Part shown: in pieces, positions 9,501 through 22,800 of the stretch
Layout: every line of letters begins with the position of its first letter
Position numbering within the stretch: the first letter of the stretch is position 1
Assembly (NCBI GenBank): GCA_964057225.1
Contig: OZ059899.1
Location: 17,546,001-17,610,000, forward strand
DNA: 64,000 nucleotides
Origin: Auanema rhodensis
Lineage: Eukaryota > Animalia > Nematoda
Reading direction: 5' to 3'
Made by a program: the position numbers and the translations under genes
The notes under the pieces: generated by a model
Seen by the model: the letters and a program-made list of their open reading frames with translations, nothing else
Told to the model about the DNA's origin: nothing
The model's database searches: none

Positions 9501-12500
9501 TCGATCTGTGTTATCAGATTTGCGCTAGCTTAAAAATGCACCGATTTATCAACTGATATAAGTTCACACTTATATCCTCGATTTTCACCCTGAAGAATTA
9601 ATTTTTTTGTTGAATAACATTGTCCATCGTCTTCGTCTTGAAAGAAGGAATCTAAAAACATCTACTTTTTGTGAAATTATTTTGAAATTTTTCGGGAAAA
9701 TTTTTGTCAAAATGTTTTTGGAAGCAATGTTGAGTGTACATGGAAACTCAACATACACTAATACATCATTTTCTAAACGATCATAACTAATTTTTGTATT
9801 GAGGGTTTCTCAATGTAATATAGTGCATTCGATGCGGATTTTTAAGCTGCGTCGATCTGTGTTATCAGATTTGCGCTAGCTTAAAAATGCACCGATTTAT
9901 CAACTGATATAAGTTCACACTTATATCCTCGATTTTCACCCTGAAGAATTAATTTTTTTGTTGAATAACATTGTCCATCGTCTTCGCCTTGAAAGAAGGA
10001 ATCTAAAAACATCTACTTTTTGTGAAATTATTTTGAAATTTTTCGGGAAAATTTTTGTCAAAATGTTTTTGGAAGCAATGTTGAGTGTACATGGAAACTC
10101 AACATACACTAATACATCATTTTCTAAACGATCATAACTAATTTTTGTATTGAGGGTTTCTCAATGTAATATAGTGCATTCGATGCGGATTTTTAAGCTG
10201 CGTCGATCTGTGTTATCAGATTTGCGCTAGCTTAAAAATGCACCGATATATCAACTGATATAAGTTCACACTTATATCCTCGATTTTCACCCTGAAAAAT
10301 TGATTTTTTCGTTGAATAACATTGTCCATCGTCTTTGCCTTCAAAAAAGGAATCTAAAAACATCTACTTTTTGTGAAATTATTTCGAAATTTTTAGGGAA
10401 AATTTTTGTCAAAATGTTTTTGAAAGCAATGTTGAGTGTACATGGAAACTCAACATACACTAATACATCATTTTTTAAACGATCATAACTAATTTTTGTA
10501 TTGAGGGTTTCTCAATGTAGTATAGTGCATTCGATGCGGATTTTTAAGCTGCGTCGATCTATGTTATCAGATTTGCGCTAGCTTAAAAATGCACCGATTT
10601 ATCAACTGATATAAGTTCACACTTATATCCTCGATTTTCACCCTGAAGAATTAATTTTTTTGTTGAATAACATTGTCCATCGTCTTCGCCTTGAAAGAAG
10701 GAATCTAAAAACATCTACTTTTTGTGAAATTATTTTGAAATTTTTCGGGAAAATTTTTGTCAAAATGTTTTTGGAAGCAATGTTGAGTGTACATGGAAAC
10801 TCAACATACACTAATACATCATTTTCTAAACGATCATAACTAATTTTTGTATTGAGGGTTTCTCAATGTAATATAGTGCATTCGATGCGGATTTTTAAGC
10901 TGCGTCGATCTGTGTTATCAGATTTGCGCTAGCTTAAAAATGCACCGATATATCAACTGATATAAGTTCACACTTATATCCTCGATTTTCACCCTGAAAA
11001 ATTGATTTTTTCGTTGAATAACATTGTCCATCGTCTTTGCCTTCAAAAAAGGAATCTAAAAACATCTACTTTTTGTGAAATTATTTCGAAATTTTTAGGG
11101 AAAATTTTTGTCAAAATGTTTTTGAAAGCAATGTTGAGTGTACATGGAAACTCAACATACACTAATACATCATTTTTTAAACGATCATAACTAATTTTTG
11201 TATTGAGGGTTTCTCAATGTAGTATAGTGCATTCGATGCGGATTTTTAAGCTGCGTCGATCTATGTTATCAGATTTGCGCTAGCTTAAAAAAGCACCGAG
11301 ATATCAACTGATATAAGTTCACACTTATATCCTCGATTTTCACCCTGAAGAATTAATTTTTTCGTTGAATAACATTGTCCATCGTCTTCGCCTTGAAATA
11401 AGGAATCTAAAAACATCTACTTTTTGTGAAATTATTTTGAAATTTTCAGGGAAAATTTTTGTCAAAATGTTTTTGGAAGCAATGTTGAGTGTACATGGAA
11501 ACTCACCATACACTAATGCATCATTTTTCAAACGATCATAACTAATTTTTGTATCGAGCGTTTCTCAATGTAGTATAGTGCATTCGATGCGGATTTTTAA
11601 GCTGCGTCGATCTATGTTATCAGATTTGCGCTATCTTAAAAATGCACCGAGATATCAACTGATATAAGTTCACACTTATATCCTCGATTTTCAACCTGAA
11701 GAATTAATTTCTTCGTTGAATAACAATGTCCATCGTCTTCGCCTTAAAAAAAAAATCTAAAAACATCTACTTTTTGTGAAATTATTTTGGAATTTTTTAT
11801 GGAAACTTTTTGTCAAAATGTTTTTGGAAGCAATGTTGAGTGTACATGGAAACTCAACATACACTAATACATCATTTTCTAAACGATCATAACTAATTTT
11901 TGTATTGAGGGTTTCTCAATGTAATATAGTGCATTCGATGCGGATTTTTAAGCTGCGTCGATCTGTGTTATCAGATTTGCGCTAGCTTAAAAATGCACCG
12001 ATTTATCAACTGATATAAGTTCACACTTATATCCTCGATTTTCACCCTGAAGAATTAATTTTTTTGTTGAATAACATTGTCCATCGTCTTCGTCTTGAAA
12101 GAAGGAATCTAAAAACATCTACTTTTTGTGAAATTATTTTGAAATTTTTCGGGAAAATTTTTGTCAAAATGTTTTTGGAAGCAATGTTGAGTGTACATGG
12201 AAACTCAACATACACTAATACATCATTTTCTAAACGATCATAACTAATTTTTGTATTGAGGGTTTCTCAATGTAATATAGTGCATTCGATGCGGATTTTT
12301 AAGCTGCGTCGATCTGTGTTATCAGATTTGCGCTAGCTTAAAAATGCACCGATTTATCAACTGATATAAGTTCACACTTATATCCTCGATTTTCACCCTG
12401 AAGAATTAATTTTTTTGTTGAATAACATTGTCCATCGTCTTCGCCTTGAAAGAAGGAATCTAAAAACATCTACTTTTTGTGAAATTATTTTGAAATTTTT

Positions 12501-13900
12501 CGGGAAAATTTTTGTCAAAATGTTTTTGGAAGCAATGTTGAGTGTACATGGAAACTCAACATACACTAATACATCATTTTCTAAACGATCATAACTAATT
12601 TTTGTATTGAGGGTTTCTCAATGTAATATAGTGCATTCGATGCGGATTTTTAAGCTGCGTCGATCTGTGTTATCAGATTTGCGCTAGCTTAAAAATGCAC
12701 CGATATATCAACTGATATAAGTTCACACTTATATCCTCGATTTTCACCCTGAAGAATTAATTTTTTTGTTGAATAACATTGTCCATCGTCTTCGCCTTGA
12801 AAGAAGGAATCTAAAAACATCTACTTTTTGTGAAATTATTTTGAAATTTTTCGGGAAAATTTTTGTCAAAATGTTTTTGGAAGCAATGTTGAGTGTACAT
12901 GGAAACTCAACATACACTAATACATCATTTTTTAAACGATCATAACTAATTTTTGTATTGAGGGTTTCTCAATGTAGTATAGTGCATTCGATGCGGATTT
13001 TTAAGCTGCGTCGATCTGTGTTATCAGATTTGCGCTAGCTTAAAAATGCACCGATATATCAACTGATATAAGTTCACACTTATATCCTCGATTTTCACCC
13101 TGAAAAATTGATTTTTTCGTTGAATAACATTGTCCATCGTCTTTGCCTTCAAAAAAGGAATCTAAAAACATCTACTTTTTGTGAAATTATTTCGAAATTT
13201 TTAGGGAAAATTTTTGTCAAAATGTTTTTGAAAGCAATGTTGAGTGTACATGGAAACTCAACATACACTAATACATCATTTTTTAAACGATCATAACTAA
13301 TTTTTGTATTGAGGGTTTCTCAATGTAGTATAGTGCATTCGATGCGGATTTTTAAGCTGCGTCGATCTATGTTATCAGATTTGCGCTAGCTTAAAAAAGC
13401 ACCGAGATATCAACTGATATAAGTTCACACTTATATCCTCGATTTTCACCCTGAAGAATTAATTTTTTCGTTGAATAACATTGTCCATCGTCTTCGCCTT
13501 GAAATAAGGAATCTAAAAACATCTACTTTTTGTGAAATTATTTTGAAATTTTCAGGGAAAATTTTTGTCAAAATGTTTTTGGAAGCAATGTTGAGTGTAC
13601 ATGGAAACTCACCATACACTAATGCATCATTTTTCAAACGATCATAACTAATTTTTGTATCGAGCGTTTCTCAATGTAGTATAGTGCATTCGATGCGGAT
13701 TTTTAAGCTGCGTCGATCTATGTTATCAGATTTGCGCTATCTTAAAAATGCACCGAGATATCAACTGATATAAGTTCACACTTATATCCTCGATTTTCAA
13801 CCTGAAGAATTAATTTCTTCGTTGAATAACAATGTCCATCGTCTTCGCCTTAAAAAAAAAATCTAAAAACATCTACTTTTTGTGAAATTATTTTGGAATT
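2990..13900. repeat. 15/16-monomer higher-order duplication with nested 2-mer and 6-mer units
   Basis: GCGTTCCTCA marker at 3841 and 9106 (offset 5265 = 15x351). CCTTCAAAAA-type monomers at 4684/10300 and 5386/11002 (5616) and 7493/13108 (5615). The 6-mer offset 11002-13108 is 2106. Confidence 0.85.
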
Positions 13901-14040
13901 TTTTATGGAAAATTTTTGTCAAAATGTTTTTGGAAGCAATGTTGAGTGTACATGGAAACTCACCATACACTAATGCATCATTTTTTAAACGATCATAACT
14001 AATTTTTGTATTGAGCGTTTCTCAATGTAGTATAGTGCAT

Positions 14041-17000
14041 TCGATGCGGATTTTTAAGCTGCGTCGATCTGTGTTATCAGATTTGCGCTATCTTTGAAAT
14101 GCACCGAGATATCAACTGATATAAGTTCACACTTATATCCTCGATTTTCACCCTGAAAAATTGATTTTTTCGTTGAATAACATTGTCCATCGTCTTTGCC
14201 TTGAAAAAAGGAATCTAAAAACATCTACTTTTTGTAAAATTATTTTGAAATTTTTAGGTAAAATTTTTGTCAAAATGTTTTTGAAAGCAATGTTGAGTGT
14301 ACATGGAAACTCAACATACACTAATGCATCATTTTTCAAACGATCATGACTAATTTTTGTATTGAGCGTTTCTCAATGTAGTATAGTGCCTTCGATGCGG
14401 ATTTTTAAGCTGCGTCGATCTATGTTATCAGATTTGCGCTATCTTTAAAATGCACCGATATATCAACTGATATAAGTTCACACTTATATCCTCGATTTTC
14501 ACCCTGAAGAATTAATTTTTTTGTTGAATAACCTTGTCCATCGTCTTCACCTTGAAAAAAGGAATCTAAAAACATCTACTTTTTGTAAAATTATTTTGAA
14601 ATTTTTAGGGAAAATTTTTGTCAAAATGTTTTTGGAAGCAATGTTGAGTGTACATGGAAACTCAACATACACTAATGCATCATTTTTCAAACGATCATAA
14701 CTAATTTTCGTATCAAGCGTTTCTCAATGTAGTATAGTGCATTCGATGCGGATTTTTAAGCTGCGTCGATCTGTGTTATCAGATTTGCGCTATCTTTAAA
14801 ATGCACCGAGATATCAACTGATATAAGTTTACACTTATATCCTCGATTTTCACCCTGGAGAATTAATTTTTTCGTTGAATAACAATGTCCATCGTCTTCG
14901 CCTTAAAAAAAAAATCTGAAAACATCTACTTTTTGTGAAAATATTTTGAAATTTTTAGGGAAAATTTTTGTCAAAATGTTTTTGGAAGCAATGTTGAGTG
15001 TACATGGAAACTCAACATACACTAATGCATCATTTTTCAAACGATCATAACTAATTTTTGTATTGAGCGTTTCTCAATGTAGTATAGTGCATTCGATGGG
15101 GATTTTTAAGCTGCGTCGATCTATGTTATCAGATTTGCGCTATCTTTAAAATGCACCGAGATATCAACTGTTATAAGTTCACACTTATATCCTCGATTTT
15201 CACCCTGAAGAATTAATTTTTTTGTTGAATAACATTGTCCATCGTCTTTGCCTTGAAAAAAGAAATCTAAAAACATCTACTTTTTGTGAAATTATTTTGA
15301 AATTTTTCGGGAAAATTTTTGTCAAAATGTTTTGGAAGCAATGTTGAGTGTACATGGAAACTCAACATACACTAATACATCATTTTCTAAACGATCATAA
15401 CTAATTTTTGTATTGAGGGTTTCTCAATGTAATATAGTGCATTCGATGCGGATTTTTAAGCTGCGTCGATCTGTGTTATCAGATTTGCGCTAGCTTAAAA
15501 ATGCACCGAGATATCAACTGATATAAGTTCACACTTATAATCTCGATTTTCACCCTGAAGAATTAATTTTTTTGTTGAATAACATTGTCCATCGTCTTCA
15601 CCTTGAAAAAAGGAATCTAAAAACATCTACTTTTTGTAAAATTATTTTGAAATTTTTAGGGAAAATTTTTGTCAAAATGTTTTTGGAAGCAATGTTGAGT
15701 GTACATGGAAACTCAACATACACTAATGCATCATTTTTCAAACGATCATAACTAATTTTCGTATCAAGCGTTTCTCAATGTAGTATAGTGCATTCGATGC
15801 GGATTTTTAAGCTGCGTCGATCTGTGTTATCAGATTTGCGCTATCTTTAAAATGCACCGAGATATCAACTGATATAAGTTTACACTTATATCCTCGATTT
15901 TCACCCTGGAGAATTAATTTTTTCGTTGAATAACAATGTCCATCGTCTTCGCCTTAAAAAAAAAATCTGAAAACATCTACTTTTTGTGAAAATATTTTGA
16001 AATTTTTAGGGAAAATTTTTGTCAAAATGTTTTTGGAAGCAATGTTGAGTGTACATGGAAACTCAACATACACTAATGCATCATTTTTCAAACGATCATA
16101 ACTAATTTTTGTATTGAGCGTTTCTCAATGTAGTATAGTGCATTCGATGGGGATTTTTAAGCTGCGTCGATCTATGTTATCAGATTTGCGCTATCTTTAA
16201 AATGCACCGAGATATCAACTGTTATAAGTTCACACTTATATCCTCGATTTTCACCCTGAAGAATTAATTTTTTTGTTGAATAACATTGTCCATCGTCTTT
16301 GCCTTGAAAAAAGAAATCTAAAAACATCTACTTTTTGTGAAATTATTTTGAAATTTTTCGGGAAAATTTTTGTCAAAATGTTTTGGAAGCAATGTTGAGT
16401 GTACATGGAAACTCAACATACACTAATACATCATTTTCTAAACGATCATAACTAATTTTTGTATTGAGGGTTTCTCAATGTAATATAGTGCATTCGATGC
16501 GGATTTTTAAGCTGCGTCGATCTGTGTTATCAGATTTGCGCTAGCTTAAAAATGCACCGAGATATCAACTGATATAAGTTCACACTTATAATCTCGATTT
16601 TCACCCTGAAGAATTAATTTTTTTGTTGAATAACATTGTCCATCGTCTTCACCTTGAAAAAAGGAATCTAAAAACATCTACTTTTTGTAAAATTATTTTG
16701 AAATTTTTAGGGAAAATTTTTGTCAAAATGTTTTTGGAAGCAATGTTGAGTGTACATGGAAACTCAACATACACTAATGCATCATTTTTCAAACGATCAT
16801 AACTAATTTTTGTATTAAGCGTTTCGCAATGTAGTATAGTGCATTCGAATCGGATTTTTAAGCTGCGTCGATCTGTGTTATCAGATTTGCGCTAGCTTAA
16901 AAATGCACCGAGATATCAACTGATATAAGTTCACACTTATATCCTCGATTTTCACCCTGAAAAATTGATTTTTTCGTTGAATAACATTGTCCATCGTCTT

Positions 17001-19590
17001 TGCCTTGAAAAAAAGAATCTAAAAACATCTACTTTTTGTGAAATTATTTTGAAATTTTCAGAGAAAATTTTTGTCAAAATGTTTTTGGAAGCAATGTTGA
17101 GTGTACATGGAAACTCAACATACACTAATGCATCATTTTTCAAACGATCATAACTAATTTTTGTATTAAGCGTTTCTCAATGTAGTATAGTGCATTCGAT
17201 GCGGATTTTTAAGCTGCGTCGATCTGTGTTATCAGATTTGCGCTAGCTTAAAAATGCACCGAGATATCAACTGATATAAGTTCACACTTATAATCTCGAT
17301 TTTCACCCTGAAGAATTAATTTTTTTGTTGAATAACATTGTCCATCGTCTTCACCTTGAAAAAAGGAATCTAAAAACATTTACTTTTTGTAAAATTATTT
17401 TGAAATTTTTAGGGAAAATTTTTGTCAAAATGTTTTTGGAAGCAATGTTGAGTGTACATGGAAACTCAACATACACTAATGCATCATTTTTCAAACGATC
17501 ATAACTAATTTTTGTATTAAGCGTTTCTCAATGTAGTATAGTGCATTCGATGCGGATTTTTAAGCTGCGTCGATCTGTGTTATCAGATTTGCGCTAGCTT
17601 AAAAATGCACCGAGATATCAACTGATATAAGTTCACACTTATAATCTCGATTTTCACCCTGAAGAATTAATTTTTTTGTTGAATAACATTGTCCATCGTC
17701 TTCACCTTGAAAAAAGGAATCTAAAAACATTTACTTTTTGTAAAATTATTTTGAAATTTTTAGGGAAAATTTTTGTCAAAATGTTTTTGGAAGCAATGTT
17801 GAGTGTACATGGAAACTCAACATACACTAATGCATCATTTTTCAAACGATCATAACTAATTTTTGTATTAAGCGTTTCTCAATGTAGTATAGTGCATTCG
17901 ATGCGGATTTTTAAGCTGCGTCGATCTGTGTTATCAGATTTGCGCTAGCTTAAAAATGCACCGATATATCAACTGATATAAGTTCACACTTATATCCTCG
18001 ATTTTCACCCTGAAGAATTAATTTTTTTGTTGAATAACAATGTCCATCGTCTTCGCCTTAAAAAAAAAATCTTAAAACATCTACTTTTTGTGAAATTATT
18101 TTGAAATTTTTAGGGAAAATTTTTGTCAAAATGTTTTTGGAAGCAATGTTGAGTGTACATGGAAACTCAACATACACTAATGCATCATTTTTCAAACGAT
18201 CATGACTAATTTTTGTATTGAGCGTTTCTCAATGTAGTATAGTGCATTCGATGCGGATTTTTAAGCTGCGTCGATCTGTGTTATCAGATTTGCGCTATCT
18301 TTGAAATGCACCGAGATATCAACTGATATAAGTTCACACTTATATCCTCGATTTTCACCCTGAAAAATTGATTTTTTCGTTGAATAACATTGTCCATCGT
18401 CTTTGCCTTGAAAAAAGGAATCTAAAAACATCTACTTTTTGTAAAATTATTTTGAAATTTTTAGGTAAAATTTTTGTCAAAATGTTTTTGAAAGCAATGT
18501 TGAGTGTACATGGAAACTCAACATACACTAATGCATCATTTTTCAAACGATCATGACTAATTTTTGTATTGAGCGTTTCTCAATGTAGTATAGTGCCTTC
18601 GATGCGGATTTTTAAGCTGCGTCGATCTATGTTATCAGATTTGCGCTATCTTTAAAATGCACCGATATATCAACTGATATAAGTTCACACTTATATCCTC
18701 GATTTTCACCCTGAAGAATTAATTTTTTTGTTGAATAACCTTGTCCATCGTCTTCACCTTGAAAAAAGGAATCTAAAAACATCTACTTTTTGTAAAATTA
18801 TTTTGAAATTTTTAGGGAAAATTTTTGTCAAAATGTTTTTGGAAGCAATGTTGAGTGTACATGGAAACTCAACATACACTAATGCATCATTTTTCAAACG
18901 ATCATAACTAATTTTCGTATCAAGCGTTTCTCAATGTAGTATAGTGCATTCGATGCGGATTTTTAAGCTGCGTCGATCTGTGTTATCAGATTTGCGCTAT
19001 CTTTAAAATGCACCGAGATATCAACTGATATAAGTTTACACTTATATCCTCGATTTTCACCCTGGAGAATTAATTTTTTCGTTGAATAACAATGTCCATC
19101 GTCTTCGCCTTAAAAAAAAAATCTGAAAACATCTACTTTTTGTGAAAATATTTTGAAATTTTTAGGGAAAATTTTTGTCAAAATGTTTTTGGAAGCAATG
19201 TTGAGTGTACATGGAAACTCAACATACACTAATGCATCATTTTTCAAACGATCATAACTAATTTTTGTATTGAGCGTTTCTCAATGTAGTATAGTGCATT
19301 CGATGGGGATTTTTAAGCTGCGTCGATCTATGTTATCAGATTTGCGCTATCTTTAAAATGCACCGAGATATCAACTGTTATAAGTTCACACTTATATCCT
19401 CGATTTTCACCCTGAAGAATTAATTTTTTTGTTGAATAACATTGTCCATCGTCTTTGCCTTGAAAAAAGAAATCTAAAAACATCTACTTTTTGTGAAATT
19501 ATTTTGAAATTTTTCGGGAAAATTTTTGTCAAAATGTTTTGGAAGCAATGTTGAGTGTACATGGAAACTCAACATACACTAATACATCAT
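14041..19590. repeat. ~4-monomer block (14041-~15380) repeated 12 monomers downstream (18248-~19590)
   Basis: Identical ORF variants at 14161 and 18368 (offset 4207 = 12x351-5); shared markers TCTTTGAAAT, GTGCCTTCG and AACCTTGTCC. Confidence 0.85.
14392..16493. repeat. 3-monomer higher-order repeat (1051 bp, including two 1-bp deletions), 2 copies
   Basis: TTTTCGTATCAAG at 14709 and 15760; CCTGGAGAA...CCTTAAAAAAAAAATCTG and GATGGGGA markers repeat at the same offset. Confidence 0.88.
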
Positions 19591-19864
19591 TTTTCAAACG
19601 ATCATAACTAATTTTTGTATTGAGCGTTTCTCAATGTAGTATAGTGCATTCGATGGGGATTTTTAAGCTGCGTCGATCTATGTTATCAGATTTGCGCTAT
19701 CTTTAAAATGCACCGAGATATCAACTGTTATAAGTTCACACTTATATCCTCGATTTTCACCCTGAAGAATTAATTTTTTTGTTGAATAACATTGTCCATC
19801 GTCTTTGCCTTGAAAAAAGAAATCTAAAAACATCTACTTTTTGTGAAATTATTTTGAAATTTTT

Positions 19865-19890
19865 CGGGAAAATTTTTCGGGAAAATTTTT
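19865..19890. repeat. 13-bp tandem duplication CGGGAAAATTTTT x2 in a single monomer
   Basis: Sequence reads GAAATTTTT-CGGGAAAATTTTT-CGGGAAAATTTTT-GTC, against one copy in other monomers. It explains the unique ORF at 19779. Confidence 0.95.
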
Positions 19891-22800
19891 GTCAAAATGT
19901 TTTGGAAGCAATGTTGAGTGTACATGGAAACTCAACATACACTAATACATCATTTTCTAAACGATCATAACTAATTTTTGTATTGAGGGTTTCTCAATGT
20001 AATATAGTGCATTCGATGCGGATTTTTAAGCTGCGTCGATCTGTGTTATCAGATTTGCGCTAGCTTAAAAATGCACCGAGATATCAACTGATATAAGTTC
20101 ACACTTATAATCTCGATTTTCACCCTGAAGAATTAATTTTTTTGTTGAATAACATTGTCCATCGTCTTCACCTTGAAAAAAGGAATCTAAAAACATCTAC
20201 TTTTTGTAAAATTATTTTGAAATTTTTAGGGAAAATTTTTGTCAAAATGTTTTTGGAAGCAATGTTGAGTGTACATGGAAACTCAACATACACTAATGCA
20301 TCATTTTTCAAACGATCATAACTAATTTTTGTATTAAGCGTTTCTCAATGTAGTATAGTGCATTCGAATCGGATTTTTAAGCTGCGTCGATCTGTGTTAT
20401 CAGATTTGCGCTAGCTTAAAAATGCACCGAGATATCAACTGATATAAGTTCACACTTATATCCTCGATTTTCACCCTGAAAAATTGATTTTTTCGTTGAA
20501 TAACATTGTCCATCGTCTTTGCCTTGAAAAAAAGAATCTAAAAACATCTACTTTTTGTGAAATTATTTTGAAATTTTCAGAGAAAATTTTTGTCAAAATG
20601 TTTTTGGAAGCAATGTTGAGTGTACATGGAAACTCAACATACACTAATGCATCATTTTTCAAACGATCATAACTAATTTTTGTATTAAGCGTTTCTCAAT
20701 GTAGTATAGTGCATTCGATGCGGATTTTTAAGCTGCGTCGATCTGTGTTATCAGATTTGCGCTAGCTTAAAAATGCACCGAGATATCAACTGATATAAGT
20801 TTACACTTATATCCTCGATTTTCACCCTGGAGAATTAATTTTTTCGTTGAATAACAATGTCCATCGTCTTCGCCTTAAAAAAAAAATCTGAAAACATCTA
20901 CTTTTTGTGAAATTATTTTGAAATTTTCAGAGAAAATTTTTGTCAAAATGTTTTTGGAAGCAATGTTGAGTGTACATGGAAACTCAACATACACTAATGC
21001 ATCATTTTTCAAACGATCATAACTAATTTTTGTATTAAGCGTTTCTCAATGTAGTATAGTGCATTCGATGCGGATTTTTAAGCTGCGTCGATCTGTGTTA
21101 TCAGATTTGCGCTAGCTTAAAAATGCACCGAGATATCAACTGATATAAGTTTACACTTATATCCTCGATTTTCACCCTGGAGAATTAATTTTTTCGTTGA
21201 ATAACAATGTCCATCGTCTTCGCCTTAAAAAAAAAATCTGAAAACATCTACTTTTTGTGAAATTATTTTGAAATTTTTAGGGAAAATTTTTGTCAAAATG
21301 TTTTTGGAAGCAATGTTGAGTGTACATGGAAACTCAACATACACTAATGCATCATTTTTCAAACGATCATAACTAATTTTTGTATTAAGCGTTTCTCAAT
21401 GTAGTATAGTGCATTCGATGCGGATTTTTAAGCTGCGTCGATCTGTGTTATCAGATTTGCGCTAGCTTAAAAATGCACCGAGATATCAACTGATATAAGT
21501 TCACACTTATAATCTCGATTTTCACCCTGAAGAATTAATTTTTTTGTTGAATAACATTGTCCATCGTCTTCACCTTGAAAAAAGGAATCTAAAAACATTT
21601 ACTTTTTGTAAAATTATTTTGAAATTTTTAGGGAAAATTTTTGTCAAAATGTTTTTGGAAGCAATGTTGAGTGTACATGGAAACTCAACATACACTAATG
21701 CATCATTTTTCAAACGATCATAACTAATTTTTGTATTAAGCGTTTCTCAATGTAGTATAGTGCATTCGAATCGGATTTTTAAGCTGCGTCGATCTGTGTT
21801 ATCAGATTTGCGCTAGCTTAAAAATGCACCGAGATATCAACTGATATAAGTTCACACTTATATCCTCGATTTTCACCCTGAAAAATTGATTTTTTCGTTG
21901 AATAACATTGTCCATCGTCTTTGCCTTGAAAAAAGGAATCTAAAAACATCTACTTTTTGTGAAATTATTTTGAAATTTTCAGAGAAAATTTTTGTCAAAA
22001 TGTTTTTGGAAGCAATGTTGAGTGTACATGGAAACTCAACATACACTAATGCATCATTTTTCAAACGATCATAACTAATTTTTGTATTAAGCGTTTCTCA
22101 ATGTAGTATAGTGCATTCGATGCGGATTTTTAAGCTGCGTCGATCTGTGTTATCAGATTTGCGCTAGCTTAAAAATGCACCGAGATATCAACTGATATAA
22201 GTTCACACTTATATCCTCGATTTTCACCCTGAAAAATTGATTTTTTCGTTGAATAACATTGTCCATCGTCTTTGCCTTGAAAAACGGAATCTAAAAACAT
22301 CTACTTTTTGTGAAATTATTTTGAAATTTTCAGAGAAAATTTTTGTCAAAATGTTTTTGGAAGCAATGTTGAGTGTACATGGAAACTCAACATACACTAA
22401 TACATCATTTTTCAAACGATCATAACTAATTTTTGTATTGAGCGTTTCTCAATGTAGTATAGTGCATTCGATGGGGATTTTTAAGCTGCGTCGATCTATG
22501 TTATCAGATTTGCGCTATCTTTAAAATGCACCGAGATATCAACTGTTATAAGTTCACACTTATATCCTCGATTTTCACCCTGAAGAATTAATTTTTTTGT
22601 TGAATAACATTGTCCATCGTCTTTGCCTTGAAAAAAGAAATCTAAAAACATCTACTTTTTGTGAAATTATTTTGAAATTTTTCGGGAAAATTTTTGTCAA
22701 AATGTTTTGGAAGCAATGTTGAGTGTACATGGAAACTCAACATACACTAATACATCATTTTCTAAACGATCATAACTAATTTTTGTATTGAGGGTTTCTC

